This document shows, piece after piece, positions 27,751 through 36,689 of a stretch of DNA of 38,727 nucleotides. The DNA lies in assembly GCA_016194465.1 (NCBI GenBank), contig JACQBO010000006.1, positions 1 through 38,727 on the forward strand, read 5' to 3'. The translations under genes and the position numbers were made by a program. This DNA is from Candidatus Kerfeldbacteria bacterium (GTDB lineage: Bacteria; Patescibacteriota; Patescibacteriia; SBBC01; CAIJZX01). The notes under the pieces were generated by a model, which saw only the letters and a list, made by a program, of their open reading frames with translations, was not told the origin of the DNA and searched no databases. Position 1 is the stretch's first letter, and every line of letters begins with the position of its first letter.

Positions 27751-28257
27751 ATGAAGGCGCGTTTGCCCCGAATGTATCTCTGGAATCAACCGCAGGAAGC
27801 CGCGCTGCTTCGTCTGTTCGCCGCGATCATCGATGTCGCCTCGATCACCACCGGTCAGTTAGAAGATTTGATTGCTCGCATGATCCGGGTCATGAAAAAA
27901 GCGGATGGGATTGGTTTAGCCGCACCGCAAATAGGCCAGTCGATTCGTTTGGCCGTTCTTGACCGACGGGTCACCCCGAATAGGCAGCCACTGGTGTTGT
28001 ATAATCCAGTCGTCACGCACTCCAGCCAGGAACAAACCAGCGAAGAAGAGGGGTGTTTATCGATTCCCGGTGTTTTCGGCCTGGTCCCCCGGGCCCGATC
28101 AATCGTCGTCAACAACCTCGATGCCTCCGGCCGGCTGGCCACGATCGAGGCCGACGGCCTTTTTGCCCGCGTTATTCAGCACGAGATCGACCACCTGAAC
28201 GGGAAACTTTTTATCGACCGAGCGACCATGATTACTCAAGGAAAAGATCGCTTGTGA
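27751..28257 (+). CDS. def: Peptide deformylase
   Basis: GIGLAAPQIG, EGCLSIPG, QHEIDHLNG. Confidence 0.96.
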   Translation: MKARLPRMYLWNQPQEAALLRLFAAIIDVASITTGQLEDLIARMIRVMKKADGIGLAAPQIGQSIRLAVLDRRVTPNRQPLVLYNPVVTHSSQEQTSEEEGCLSIPGVFGLVPRARSIVVNNLDASGRLATIEADGLFARVIQHEIDHLNGKLFIDRATMITQGKDRL

Positions 28258-29192
28258 CCCATCGTCTCATCTTCTTTGGCTCTGGGGCTTTTGGCCTACC
28301 CGCGCTCGAGCAACTCCACCATCTACCGGATGGCCAGGTGGTCGGCGTGGTCACCCAGCCCGCGAAACCAACTGGTCGGGGCCAGCCGGTCAAGCCCACC
28401 ATCATCGCCACCTGGGCCGGCCACCACAAACTATCGGTACTGGCGCCTGAGTCCCTGAAAGTTCCAACCATGGTAGAGGAATTACAGCGCTTGCAGGCGG
28501 ATACATTTGTGGTGGCCGCCTATGGACTGATCTTACCCCTGGCGGTACTTCAGGTGCCTCTGTATGGATCGATTAATGTGCACGCCTCATTGCTACCAAA
28601 ATATCGCGGGGCTTCGCCCATCGCCGCCGCCATTGTCGCCGGCGAAAGGGAAACTGGTATTAGTTTCATGCTGATGGATGAGCATCTCGACACCGGTCCG
28701 GTGTTGCGGACGGTGGTCACCCCGATTTCAAAATCAGACACCAGCGAAGTATTGCAGGCACAGCTGGCGAGACTGGCCGCGGAAAACTTGCCGACCGTTC
28801 TGGACGATTGGTGGGCCGGTCGCATCCATCCCACACCGCAGTCCGGCCCGAGTAGTTATGCCCCCAAGGTTTTGAAATCAGATGGCTATGCCAACTGGCA
28901 ATCCGGAAAAATCTTAGAACGAAAAATTCGCGCCTATATCCCTTGGCCGGTAACATGGACGACCTGGCAGGGAACGAACATAAAAATTCTTGCCGCCTCG
29001 TTTATACCCGGGCAGCCATCATCTCCCCAGGGGACGATTGAGGTTCCAGAACCTAATCAGGATTGGGCAGTGGCTTGCGGCGACGGCTGGATTATTCCCC
29101 ACCAAGTGCAGTTCGCCGGCAAACGCCGGCAATCTGCCGCGACCATCCCGGGGAGCTATCCAGGACTTATCGGAAGTCGGCTGCCGTCCTAA
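28254..29192 (+). CDS. fmt: Methionyl-tRNA formyltransferase
   Basis: GTG start overlapping def stop; IFFGS, VVTQP, VAAYGLIL, INVHASLLPKYRGASPI, LDTGP. Confidence 0.95.
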   Translation: MTHRLIFFGSGAFGLPALEQLHHLPDGQVVGVVTQPAKPTGRGQPVKPTIIATWAGHHKLSVLAPESLKVPTMVEELQRLQADTFVVAAYGLILPLAVLQVPLYGSINVHASLLPKYRGASPIAAAIVAGERETGISFMLMDEHLDTGPVLRTVVTPISKSDTSEVLQAQLARLAAENLPTVLDDWWAGRIHPTPQSGPSSYAPKVLKSDGYANWQSGKILERKIRAYIPWPVTWTTWQGTNIKILAASFIPGQPSSPQGTIEVPEPNQDWAVACGDGWIIPHQVQFAGKRRQSAATIPGSYPGLIGSRLPS

Positions 29193-30724
29193 GATGGGCT
29201 TTTCCGGCTTTTTTCCGTCACAAAGAAACCAAGATATTTCCCCATCATCAGTCTCGTTTGGGCTTCGATGGCCGGGATAGAACCAAACACGATCATCGTC
29301 ACCGGCAATAAAAGCCATTGTAGAATCATCATCACCCACTGCCACGCCGGCACATGTTTCGGTCGCGCGGGTAAAAGGCGGACACTCATCACGGCCGTCG
29401 CTAATAAACCCACCATCGCTCCGATCATCAAACCTTGGATGGTGGTGGGCGCATTGTGAGCTAAGGCGGAGGTAGAAATAACCGATGACCGGACATGAAA
29501 AGGGAGCCAACCAAGAAGAAGAATCAGCACTGGGGCGGTCGCCCACGAATAGGTACCTTCAAACTGGTTCCAAAGATATTTGAGTTTCACCCTGAGTCGA
29601 ATATGCGGATTATACCAAAAATTCCAAACCATAAAAGGAAAGTTTTCGACCCCGTATGCCCAGCGCCGAATCTGCAGGTACTGATTCTTCAGGCTCTGCC
29701 GCCAGTTCGCGCCCTGGACGGTATCCATGGACACCGGAATATACATGGGGGTGACGGTATACCGTCCATCGTAGTGCAGGAAACACTGGAGGAAAATTCG
29801 TGAGTCTTCTGAAACCACATCATTTTGCCAAAACCCGACATCAATCAGAGCCTGCCAAGGCATACTATGCGAGGAAAACGTAAACAGCCGGTCGGGGCGA
29901 AGGGCCTCACTTAAAAGCCAAAACGTGGTACTATTGGCCACCACTCGGGTGACCGCCAACGCGTCCCAAACGTTATTATGAAAGACAGGAATCGGCTGGT
30001 AACTGGTATGCAGACGGTCTGGATGTTGCAAGAATACCGTCGTCAGATAACTGAAATATTGCGGGTGGGCAATCGTGTCAGCATCAAAGGTTGACACGAG
30101 AATGTTTTGGTATGGTATCCCCCGCCGGTCGATGAGATCCTTAATTGCTCTCGCCGCCCAGGCGATATTGGCGCCCTTGCCAGCCATTTCACCGGGCAGA
30201 CCGGCGGGGTGCTCTGTGGCAATGAAAGCGCCAAAAGTGCCGGCAAACTTGGTCCGCAGCCTAGCAGTATACGCTCGAACATGATCAGCATCGCGTCCTT
30301 CCGTTGCCAGGACCAGCATCATCCGATCCAGCGGAAATGTGACTTTCGTCAAGGACATGATGGTCGCTTCCAATACCTCATACGGTTCTTTGTAGGTCGG
30401 CAAAACAATCACGTGATAGATCTCCTGCCAGCCGGCGATCGTTTCCAGCTTCTGCCGCCAGGAAATGCGGCTGGCTCGTCGAAACTGTCGGTAGGCCCCA
30501 ATGACATACGACATGACATAGAGCACCCGAATGAGCCAAAACACGTCGAACAGAATGACGAAAACGATCGCCCAGACCGGTGCGACCCAGCAGATAACAA
30601 GAGCAGTGATCAGCGTCAACCAGACGGCAAAGCCGGGAATGATTTCCAGCATCCGATAGACGCGTCGCGGTGATAAACCGAACAACAAAGGTTGCTCGGT
30701 GGCGACGTGTTCCTTCATCGTCAT
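29189..30724 (-). CDS. Integral-membrane processive-type GT2 glycosyltransferase
   Basis: N- and C-terminal TM helices, PTYKE, GKGAN, DAD, SED, QIRRW. Confidence 0.85.
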   Translation of the reverse strand: MTMKEHVATEQPLLFGLSPRRVYRMLEIIPGFAVWLTLITALVICWVAPVWAIVFVILFDVFWLIRVLYVMSYVIGAYRQFRRASRISWRQKLETIAGWQEIYHVIVLPTYKEPYEVLEATIMSLTKVTFPLDRMMLVLATEGRDADHVRAYTARLRTKFAGTFGAFIATEHPAGLPGEMAGKGANIAWAARAIKDLIDRRGIPYQNILVSTFDADTIAHPQYFSYLTTVFLQHPDRLHTSYQPIPVFHNNVWDALAVTRVVANSTTFWLLSEALRPDRLFTFSSHSMPWQALIDVGFWQNDVVSEDSRIFLQCFLHYDGRYTVTPMYIPVSMDTVQGANWRQSLKNQYLQIRRWAYGVENFPFMVWNFWYNPHIRLRVKLKYLWNQFEGTYSWATAPVLILLLGWLPFHVRSSVISTSALAHNAPTTIQGLMIGAMVGLLATAVMSVRLLPARPKHVPAWQWVMMILQWLLLPVTMIVFGSIPAIEAQTRLMMGKYLGFFVTEKSRKSPS

Positions 30725-30736
30725 ATGGTAGGCATG

Positions 30737-30765
30737 ACAGTAGCAATCTAGATCGCCGGCGTCAA
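30737..30765 (-). promoter_or_regulatory. Putative promoter of the GT2 gene
   Basis: Minus strand: TTGACG-17 bp-(TGc)TACTGT, 12 nt before ATG(30724). Confidence 0.5.
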
Positions 30766-32267
30766 CCTCGACCAATCGTCATGATCTGGTTGAGCCGCAG
30801 TGCTTTGCGGGCCAGGGCGATTCGATCGGGGTTAAAGCTATACAGCGTTAGGATTTTTTGTCCTCGGCGCACGGTCTGCCCCAATTTACGATGAAGGTAA
30901 ATGCCGGCGAGTTTATGATCAGGGGCACCCAGCGTCCGCGCCACCTCGTCGATGGCTCGGTTGTTAATGGCCTTCACCACACCACTGGTTGGTGCCAGGA
31001 GACGGAACGTCGAACTGCCCAAAGCGACCGCGTTGGCATCCATGTCTGGATTACCTCCTTGCGCCGCGATAATCGCTTGCATTTTCTTCCAGGCCCGGCC
31101 CGACCGTAAAATCCTTTCCGCTTGCTGATGGCCAGTTCCCGATCTGGTCACTCCTGCCAGTTCCAAGAGTTCACCCGCCAGTTCCAGGGCCTTATCTTCT
31201 AGATCTTGTGGGCGTTTATCTTTTTGTTGGAGCACGCGCAACACATCGCGGGCTTCCAGCGCCGGCCCAACCCCTTTGCCGACTGGTTGGTCCGCCTGAT
31301 CGAACCGGACCCGGACCTTCATCCCGAACGAATGTCCTACGGCTATAAACTTTTTTCGGATCATTTTGGCCGTGGCCAGATCAGGAATTTTGGTGTATCG
31401 GCCGTATGGCATGTCGATGACTAAGTATTGAATCCCCATCGCTACTTTTTTTGCCAGAATACTGACGATCATTTTATCGTAGGGTTCCAGCGACAGTGGC
31501 CGCGAGACTTGAATAATGAGGTCGTCGGCCGGGGCGATGCTCAGCCCCCCACCCCAAATGAGACAGGCACCTGTTTTGGCCACGATCCGTCGAACTTCCG
31601 CGGCGGTGAAGGACACGGGGGCTAAGACTTCCATCGTATCCGCCGTGCCGGCGGGTGAGGTAATCGCTCGGGATGAGGTTTTGGGGATAATCAGGCCGGC
31701 CGCCGCGACGATCGGGATGGCGATCATCGTAGTGCGGTTGCCGGCCAAACCACCCACCGAGTGTTTATCCGCTGCTTTTCGCCGCCCCCAGGAAAACATA
31801 TCACCGGTCGTCGCCATGGCCTTGACCATCCATTTGAGTTCTGGCAAGCGGTAGGGTCGGACATAGCCCGAGGCCACAAAGTAGGTCGTTTCCACAGCGC
31901 TCAACTGGTGGTCGACAATGTCGCGGATGATGCTGGTAATTTCTTCTTCACGCAGTGGCTGACCGAGCAGTTTTTTGTTGATCGCCGCGATTGACGGTGG
32001 TCGGGACACGACCTCAATCAGCAGCGGCTCCCCGTCCTTGGCCTTCAACAGTTTCCAGACTTCATCGAACAGACCAATTTCTCCATGTTGAATTGACTGG
32101 TGGGTGACATCAGCCACGACGATATGTGACGTGCCCTGATAGTTGACTTGTAAGCGATCGCCGGGATTAATCCCAAATGCCTCCGCATCGCGACCACGCA
32201 AAACGACAATGCGGCTAGAGCCGCCAGTATTAATATCGATATGTCGAACCTTGACGACGAACGCCAT
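30762..32267 (-). CDS. AMP (nucleoside-monophosphate) phosphorylase, archaeal-type thymidine phosphorylase family
   Basis: Extra N-terminal domain (IDINTG..GINPGDRL), DKHSVGGLAGNRTT, PKTSSRAITSPAGTADTMEVL, WGGGLSIAPADD, GVGPALEARD, IIAAQGG. Confidence 0.88.
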   Translation of the reverse strand: MAFVVKVRHIDINTGGSSRIVVLRGRDAEAFGINPGDRLQVNYQGTSHIVVADVTHQSIQHGEIGLFDEVWKLLKAKDGEPLLIEVVSRPPSIAAINKKLLGQPLREEEITSIIRDIVDHQLSAVETTYFVASGYVRPYRLPELKWMVKAMATTGDMFSWGRRKAADKHSVGGLAGNRTTMIAIPIVAAAGLIIPKTSSRAITSPAGTADTMEVLAPVSFTAAEVRRIVAKTGACLIWGGGLSIAPADDLIIQVSRPLSLEPYDKMIVSILAKKVAMGIQYLVIDMPYGRYTKIPDLATAKMIRKKFIAVGHSFGMKVRVRFDQADQPVGKGVGPALEARDVLRVLQQKDKRPQDLEDKALELAGELLELAGVTRSGTGHQQAERILRSGRAWKKMQAIIAAQGGNPDMDANAVALGSSTFRLLAPTSGVVKAINNRAIDEVARTLGAPDHKLAGIYLHRKLGQTVRRGQKILTLYSFNPDRIALARKALRLNQIMTIGRG

Positions 32268-32271
32268 GCAA

Positions 32272-33264
32272 TCAGCGGCGAATAATACTACGAACGGGAG
32301 CCGGGCGTTTCGCCGTATGACGCTGTAAGAGACCCGCTTTGGCGCCAATGACGCGAATCACGGCTTCCGCGTTCTCTGTGCCTAACTGCAAGGCGCCCGA
32401 AATATTGTCTTCGTCGCGAATAAAGGCACTGACAAAACCCGATCCAAACGCGTCGCCGGCGCCCGTCGTGTCGACCACATGGACGTGATGCGTCCCGCAG
32501 TGCCACGCGGAGCGCCGATCGCCACCAAAAGAACCTTCGGTCCCCATGGTCACCACGGTCACGCCGCCGGTGATTCGACGCAAGTATTGAAATGGGGCGT
32601 CATCTTGACTGGTGGTCAATTTCATTAGGCGGGCCGCTTCTTCCTGATTCATAATGACCACATCGGCCTGTTGGAGAAAGGGCTCTAGCTTCGATAAACC
32701 GTGAGCCAATTCGCTGCTGCCCGGATTCCAAGCAATCCGAATCTTTTTTTTCTTGGCCACGTTCCAGATGCGCCGAATAATTGGCAACTCCCCCGCCAAT
32801 GAACTGACATACATCCAGTCCGCCCGAAATTCGCGGCGCGGGAGGTCGCGCGGATGAAAATCGGCGGAGGCGCCGCGATAGACCAGGGCCGTTCGTTCAC
32901 CACGGCTGGTAAGCAATAAGACCGAATAAGCCGTGCCACGCTGGTGATCCTTTGTGACTAAGCCGACATTAACCTTCTCCATACGGAGCGCGCGCAAGAC
33001 TTCTTGCCCCCGCGCGTCCTGGTGACCGATTTTTCCGATAAAGGCGGTGCGAAAACCCTGGCGCGAAAATCCCACCGCCGTATTGGTCGCCCCGCCCCCG
33101 GTTTCAAAGACTAATTCTTGGACCTCAATTTTCGAACCGAGCGCGAAACATTCAGCCTCACCGGTGGAAAAGTTTTCATTCCGAATAATTTTAATCCCGG
33201 CACTGCGGAGAAACACATCTCTCGTGGCCGCCCCGATGGTAATGATATCGAATCGTTTTGTCAT
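32272..33264 (-). CDS. PfkB/ribokinase family carbohydrate kinase
   Basis: GGGATNTAVGFSRQG, WNPG, NQEEA, VDTTGAGDAFGSGF. Confidence 0.92.
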   Translation of the reverse strand: MTKRFDIITIGAATRDVFLRSAGIKIIRNENFSTGEAECFALGSKIEVQELVFETGGGATNTAVGFSRQGFRTAFIGKIGHQDARGQEVLRALRMEKVNVGLVTKDHQRGTAYSVLLLTSRGERTALVYRGASADFHPRDLPRREFRADWMYVSSLAGELPIIRRIWNVAKKKKIRIAWNPGSSELAHGLSKLEPFLQQADVVIMNQEEAARLMKLTTSQDDAPFQYLRRITGGVTVVTMGTEGSFGGDRRSAWHCGTHHVHVVDTTGAGDAFGSGFVSAFIRDEDNISGALQLGTENAEAVIRVIGAKAGLLQRHTAKRPAPVRSIIRR

Positions 33265-34112
33265 GACTTGGATTTATTTCGGCTGCCAAAAAGAACTATT
33301 TTTTTCTTGACCGTGGCCATAACGGCGTCACGGCTTGGTCCCAGTAAACCGCGAGGATCAAACTCGTGGGCATCGCGACGTAGCTCCCGGCGTAAGGCCT
33401 GGCTAAAAGCCAGTCGAAGGTCGGTATCAATATTGATTTTGGCGATACCAAAATGAATCGCCCGGCGAATCATGGCCGGCGGCGTTCCCGAGGCACCATG
33501 GAGCACGAGTGGCACGTCGATCATCTTTTTGATTTGGGCCAGCAAGGTAAAGTCCAGATGCTCCCTGGCTTGCGGTACACCATGGGCATTACCAATAGCC
33601 ACGGCAAAGGCATCGACCTTGGTGAGGCGAACAAATGTATGCGCCTGGGTCGGATCAGTCAGAACCAGACGACGATCCTGAGCAATTTCCGAAGGGTATT
33701 TGACCTGGCCGAGTTCTCCCTCGACGCCGATCTGCCGGCGATGGGCATAGCGGACGATCGCCGCCGTGCGGCGCACATTCTGTCGGAACGGCAGCCGACT
33801 GGCATCAAACATAATACCAGTGTATCCACGATCGACGCAGGCTCTAGCCAACCTTAACTCGTGGCCATGATCGAGGGTCAAAACAATCGGGATCGGATAC
33901 TTTTTGGCCATGGCCAGGACGAAAGCCGCCAGCTCTTCCAAACCAGCATAGGCAATGGCTTTTTCCGAGGTATTAATAATGACGGGGGCGTGAAGGGCCA
34001 CCGCAGCCCGCACCACCGCTTGGGCCTGCTCCAGATCGGAAATGTTGAAAGCTCCCACGGCATAGCGGCCTTTCTGCGCTTGACGGAGCACGGTCTGGAG
34101 CTTGGCAGTCAT
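33261..34112 (-). CDS. fba: Class II (type B) fructose/ketose-bisphosphate aldolase
   Basis: AVGAFN, LDHG, MFDAS, VEGELG, IGNAHG, PLVLHGASG, KINIDTDLR. Confidence 0.92.
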   Translation of the reverse strand: MTAKLQTVLRQAQKGRYAVGAFNISDLEQAQAVVRAAVALHAPVIINTSEKAIAYAGLEELAAFVLAMAKKYPIPIVLTLDHGHELRLARACVDRGYTGIMFDASRLPFRQNVRRTAAIVRYAHRRQIGVEGELGQVKYPSEIAQDRRLVLTDPTQAHTFVRLTKVDAFAVAIGNAHGVPQAREHLDFTLLAQIKKMIDVPLVLHGASGTPPAMIRRAIHFGIAKINIDTDLRLAFSQALRRELRRDAHEFDPRGLLGPSRDAVMATVKKKIVLFGSRNKSKS

Positions 34113-34118
34113 GCTTTT

Positions 34119-34127
34119 ATTTTAGCA
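34119..34127 (-). promoter_or_regulatory. Extended -10 upstream of fba (leaderless)
   Basis: Minus strand: TGcTAAAAT-6 nt-ATG(34112); no clear -35. Confidence 0.5.
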
Positions 34128-34139
34128 TACTCGTCAACA

Positions 34140-34772
34140 TCAAACGAGACGCCGGAGCTTTTCCCAGGCAGCCGTCGGATGCTCATCAAGCATAACCGCC
34201 GAACCAACGACAATGTGTCGGGCGCCGGCCGCGGCAGCCCGAGGGATTGTCTCCTGATCCATACCGCCATCAAGACCAATAATCAGGTGCGGGTAACGAT
34301 GCCGTATGGCCCGCACTCGGGCCAGGGAGCCCGCCCACCAGTGATGGCTATAACCACCAGGCCGAACCGACATGACGAGGACGCCCGAGATAAATGGCAT
34401 CCATGGCCAGAGTCGATCCAATGTGCTGGTCGGGTTGATCGCTAACCAGGTGGAAATGCGCTGAGAACGGAACAGCGCTAGCCAGGGTCGAAGGGCCGCC
34501 CCGAGTTCCAGATGGAGAATCACCCGGGCTTTGGTGGTGCCTAAAATGGTGACCGCCCAGGCTCCCGGGTGACGAGTCATGAGGTGATACTCAACATTGG
34601 CTCTTGGTTTCGAACGCTGGACAATCGCCGGGGTGATCGATCGACTTGGCACAAAGACGCCATCCATGACATCGAGGTGGATCCAGGGATTGAGCTGCTC
34701 GGCGATCTTTTTTTCTTTTTCGTAGGCTCCGGAAGTTCTGGCCAACACCGAAGGAACAAGATCAACGGCCAT
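34140..34772 (-). CDS. rpe: Ribulose-phosphate 3-epimerase family protein (divergent)
   Basis: PSVL, IHLDVMDGVFVP, YHLM, AINP, LVMSVRPG, LDGG, VVGSA. Confidence 0.85.
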   Translation of the reverse strand: MAVDLVPSVLARTSGAYEKEKKIAEQLNPWIHLDVMDGVFVPSRSITPAIVQRSKPRANVEYHLMTRHPGAWAVTILGTTKARVILHLELGAALRPWLALFRSQRISTWLAINPTSTLDRLWPWMPFISGVLVMSVRPGGYSHHWWAGSLARVRAIRHRYPHLIIGLDGGMDQETIPRAAAAGARHIVVGSAVMLDEHPTAAWEKLRRLV

Positions 34773-35208
34773 AGTCGAGACGATCTACTTGGTGCAAGCG
34801 GCGCCGATGACGATCGATGGGCCGATACGAAGTCTGCAGCCAGGCCATGACAATTTTTTTCATTTCGGCCAGCGTTTGGAGATCTGCGGCCAGTGATAAG
34901 ACGTTGATATTTTCTTCTCGCCGGGCCCGCCGCGCCAAGGAGACCGTCAAGGCTTGGCTGGCCCGAATCCCGGGAATTTTATTGGCGACCATGGCCATGC
35001 CCACGCCACTGCGACAAATGCCAATCCCAAAACTCCCCGGGGTTTTCCGTACGACTCGTCCGAGCCGCGCCGCCAGCGGTGGGTAGTCGTCATTATGAAG
35101 ACGCTTTGATGGTCCGAGGTCGGTCACCGGCAGGCCACGCCCGCGCAAAAACTTGACCAGTGTTTGTTTGGCCAGCCACCCACCGTGATCAGCCGTTACA
35201 TAGACCAT
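34762..35208 (-). CDS. rpiB: RpiB/LacA/LacB family sugar-phosphate isomerase
   Basis: ADHGG, DDYP, GICRSGVGMAMVANKIPGIRA, NVLSL, RHRRRL. Confidence 0.9.
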   Translation of the reverse strand: MVYVTADHGGWLAKQTLVKFLRGRGLPVTDLGPSKRLHNDDYPPLAARLGRVVRKTPGSFGIGICRSGVGMAMVANKIPGIRASQALTVSLARRARREENINVLSLAADLQTLAEMKKIVMAWLQTSYRPIDRHRRRLHQVDRLDYGR

Positions 35209-35215
35209 GGTGGGA

Positions 35216-35224
35216 AGTATATCA
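35216..35224 (-). promoter_or_regulatory. Extended -10 upstream of rpiB (leaderless)
   Basis: Minus strand: TGaTATACT-7 nt-ATG(35208). Confidence 0.55.
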
Positions 35225-35240
35225 TGCCCGCTCGCCCAGA

Positions 35241-35714
35241 TCATTCTTGCACCACGATCGTCCCCTGGAACGTCGGATTGAGGGCGTCGAGGTGATCGTG
35301 GTACCCCCACCGCCCGACTTTTGTAAAGGTAAAGGTATAACGGTCGTTAGGCGGAATCGTCCCATCGAAGCCGGGCAGATCAGTATCCGCTGGATGTGGG
35401 TTCGAGGCAAGGCGATGCAGTGCGGCATCATTGTTGACAAACGTAACCGTGGTGCCTTTTTTTACGGTCAGAACCTGTGGATCGACTCCGGACGCAGTGA
35501 TCGTGACGGTCGTGCCTTGTTCGGCCTGCCCCGTCGTGAAAGAGCCAGTGGTGACCGAGTTTGTGTCCAGGGCAGCGTTGACGCTCACATTGACTCCCCC
35601 ACCGACAGTGATATTGGTGTTCCGTATGGACCCGGTCGTGGACGCGTGGCAGCCAGCGCCGATGATGGTCAAACTCATCAATCCGAGAGCCAGCAGTGAT
35701 AGTTTATGATGCAT
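35241..35714 (-). CDS. Exported cupredoxin-fold protein with lipobox-like signal
   Basis: ..LTIIGAGC signal; P..LTVKKGTTVTFVNND..H, YTFTFTKVGRWGYHDHL, GTIVV. GGAGG upstream of ATG. Confidence 0.8.
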   Translation of the reverse strand: MHHKLSLLALGLMSLTIIGAGCHASTTGSIRNTNITVGGGVNVSVNAALDTNSVTTGSFTTGQAEQGTTVTITASGVDPQVLTVKKGTTVTFVNNDAALHRLASNPHPADTDLPGFDGTIPPNDRYTFTFTKVGRWGYHDHLDALNPTFQGTIVVQE

Positions 35715-35730
35715 AGAAGCCTCCAAAAAA

Positions 35731-36360
35731 TTATAAATTCTTAGGGAAATCGTAGTTTTGAGGTGGGGTGATTTTTTCTGCGCCCTGACCGACCACAATC
35801 GCATAGGAATGTCGGTCTCTCATGGTTGTATCCGGCCCACTGGCTACCAGTGTTCCATTATCAAAAACAGTCAGCTGGTGGGCGGCATCGATCTTGGTGT
35901 CGAGCACGGCCTGAGTAGAGAACGTGTTCTTCCACACATGGAAAAAATCTCCCAAGGTAAAATCTTTAGCGCTGGGAGACTCAATATGAATGACCCCGGT
36001 ACTATCGTGGGTGTGCAGTGGGTGCAAACAATGAGCCGCCAGACCCGTGTTAGCCGGAATGTCTTGTGCCTTCCCATCAATCACAATGCTCAGATGGGCA
36101 TGGATATGAAATTTCGTCGCCATGTCGGTGGTACAACTATCAACCAAAGCGAGATCGGCGCGATTGGATGAAGCCTTGGTGGTTGTGGCGCGGCTACTAT
36201 GAAAAATGAGAGGGATCGTGACGGCGCCCCCGACGACCACGACTCCGGCCATGATGTACCATCGCCGCCACCACGACCGGCTCGGCCGCCCCTGTTTTCG
36301 TTCCAGGCGCTTCCGGGCTCGCCGCTCCGCCCTTGTTTCAAAGTGTTCTTCAGTGGTCAT
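35731..36360 (-). CDS. Membrane-anchored His-rich putative metal-binding protein of unknown function
   Basis: Basic N-terminus and TM helix, FHIHAHL, IPANTG, CLHPLHTHDSTGVIHIES, FTLGDFF. Confidence 0.7.
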   Translation of the reverse strand: MTTEEHFETRAERRARKRLERKQGRPSRSWWRRWYIMAGVVVVGGAVTIPLIFHSSRATTTKASSNRADLALVDSCTTDMATKFHIHAHLSIVIDGKAQDIPANTGLAAHCLHPLHTHDSTGVIHIESPSAKDFTLGDFFHVWKNTFSTQAVLDTKIDAAHQLTVFDNGTLVASGPDTTMRDRHSYAIVVGQGAEKITPPQNYDFPKNL

Positions 36361-36379
36361 AGATTTCTCAGACGAAGTG

Positions 36380-36685
36380 CTACCGCATCATGGACAACAT
36401 GGTCCGGGCATCGGCGGACATTTTACTCGGGTCCCAGGGTGGTTCAAAGGTCAACTCAATCAATACATCTTTGGCGCCGGTCCCTGTTTTCACCTTCCGC
36501 ACTACTTCTTCGCGAAAATATGGCACGAGTGGACAGCCCGGCGTGGTCAGGGTCATGGTAATCGTGACCACCTCAGCACTAAACGTCACATCGTAAATCA
36601 AGCCGAGGTTGACGACATCAATCCCCAGCTCCGGATCATCGCACGTTTTAAGAATTGAGAGGACATCGGCCTTCGTCGCATGCAT
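36380..36685 (-). CDS. DUF59 / SufT-PaaD-like Fe-S cluster assembly factor
   Basis: DPELGIDVVNLGLIY, MTLTTPGCP, EPPW. Confidence 0.9.
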   Translation of the reverse strand: MHATKADVLSILKTCDDPELGIDVVNLGLIYDVTFSAEVVTITMTLTTPGCPLVPYFREEVVRKVKTGTGAKDVLIELTFEPPWDPSKMSADARTMLSMMR

Positions 36686-36689
36686 AGGA

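Noticed and set aside
28053..28253. Long N-terminal extensions on track ORFs (fmt, also AMP phosphorylase, trxB, rpiB, tagA-like, gltX, cupredoxin)
   Set aside because: They overlap upstream genes or promoters. Family homology and promoter spacing point to later starts, so they are not fusions.
30762..32267. Ordinary thymidine/pyrimidine-nucleoside phosphorylase (deoA/pdp)
   Set aside because: The extra N-terminal domain and KTSSRAITS motif match the AMP phosphorylase subfamily rather than the KMSGRGLGH type.
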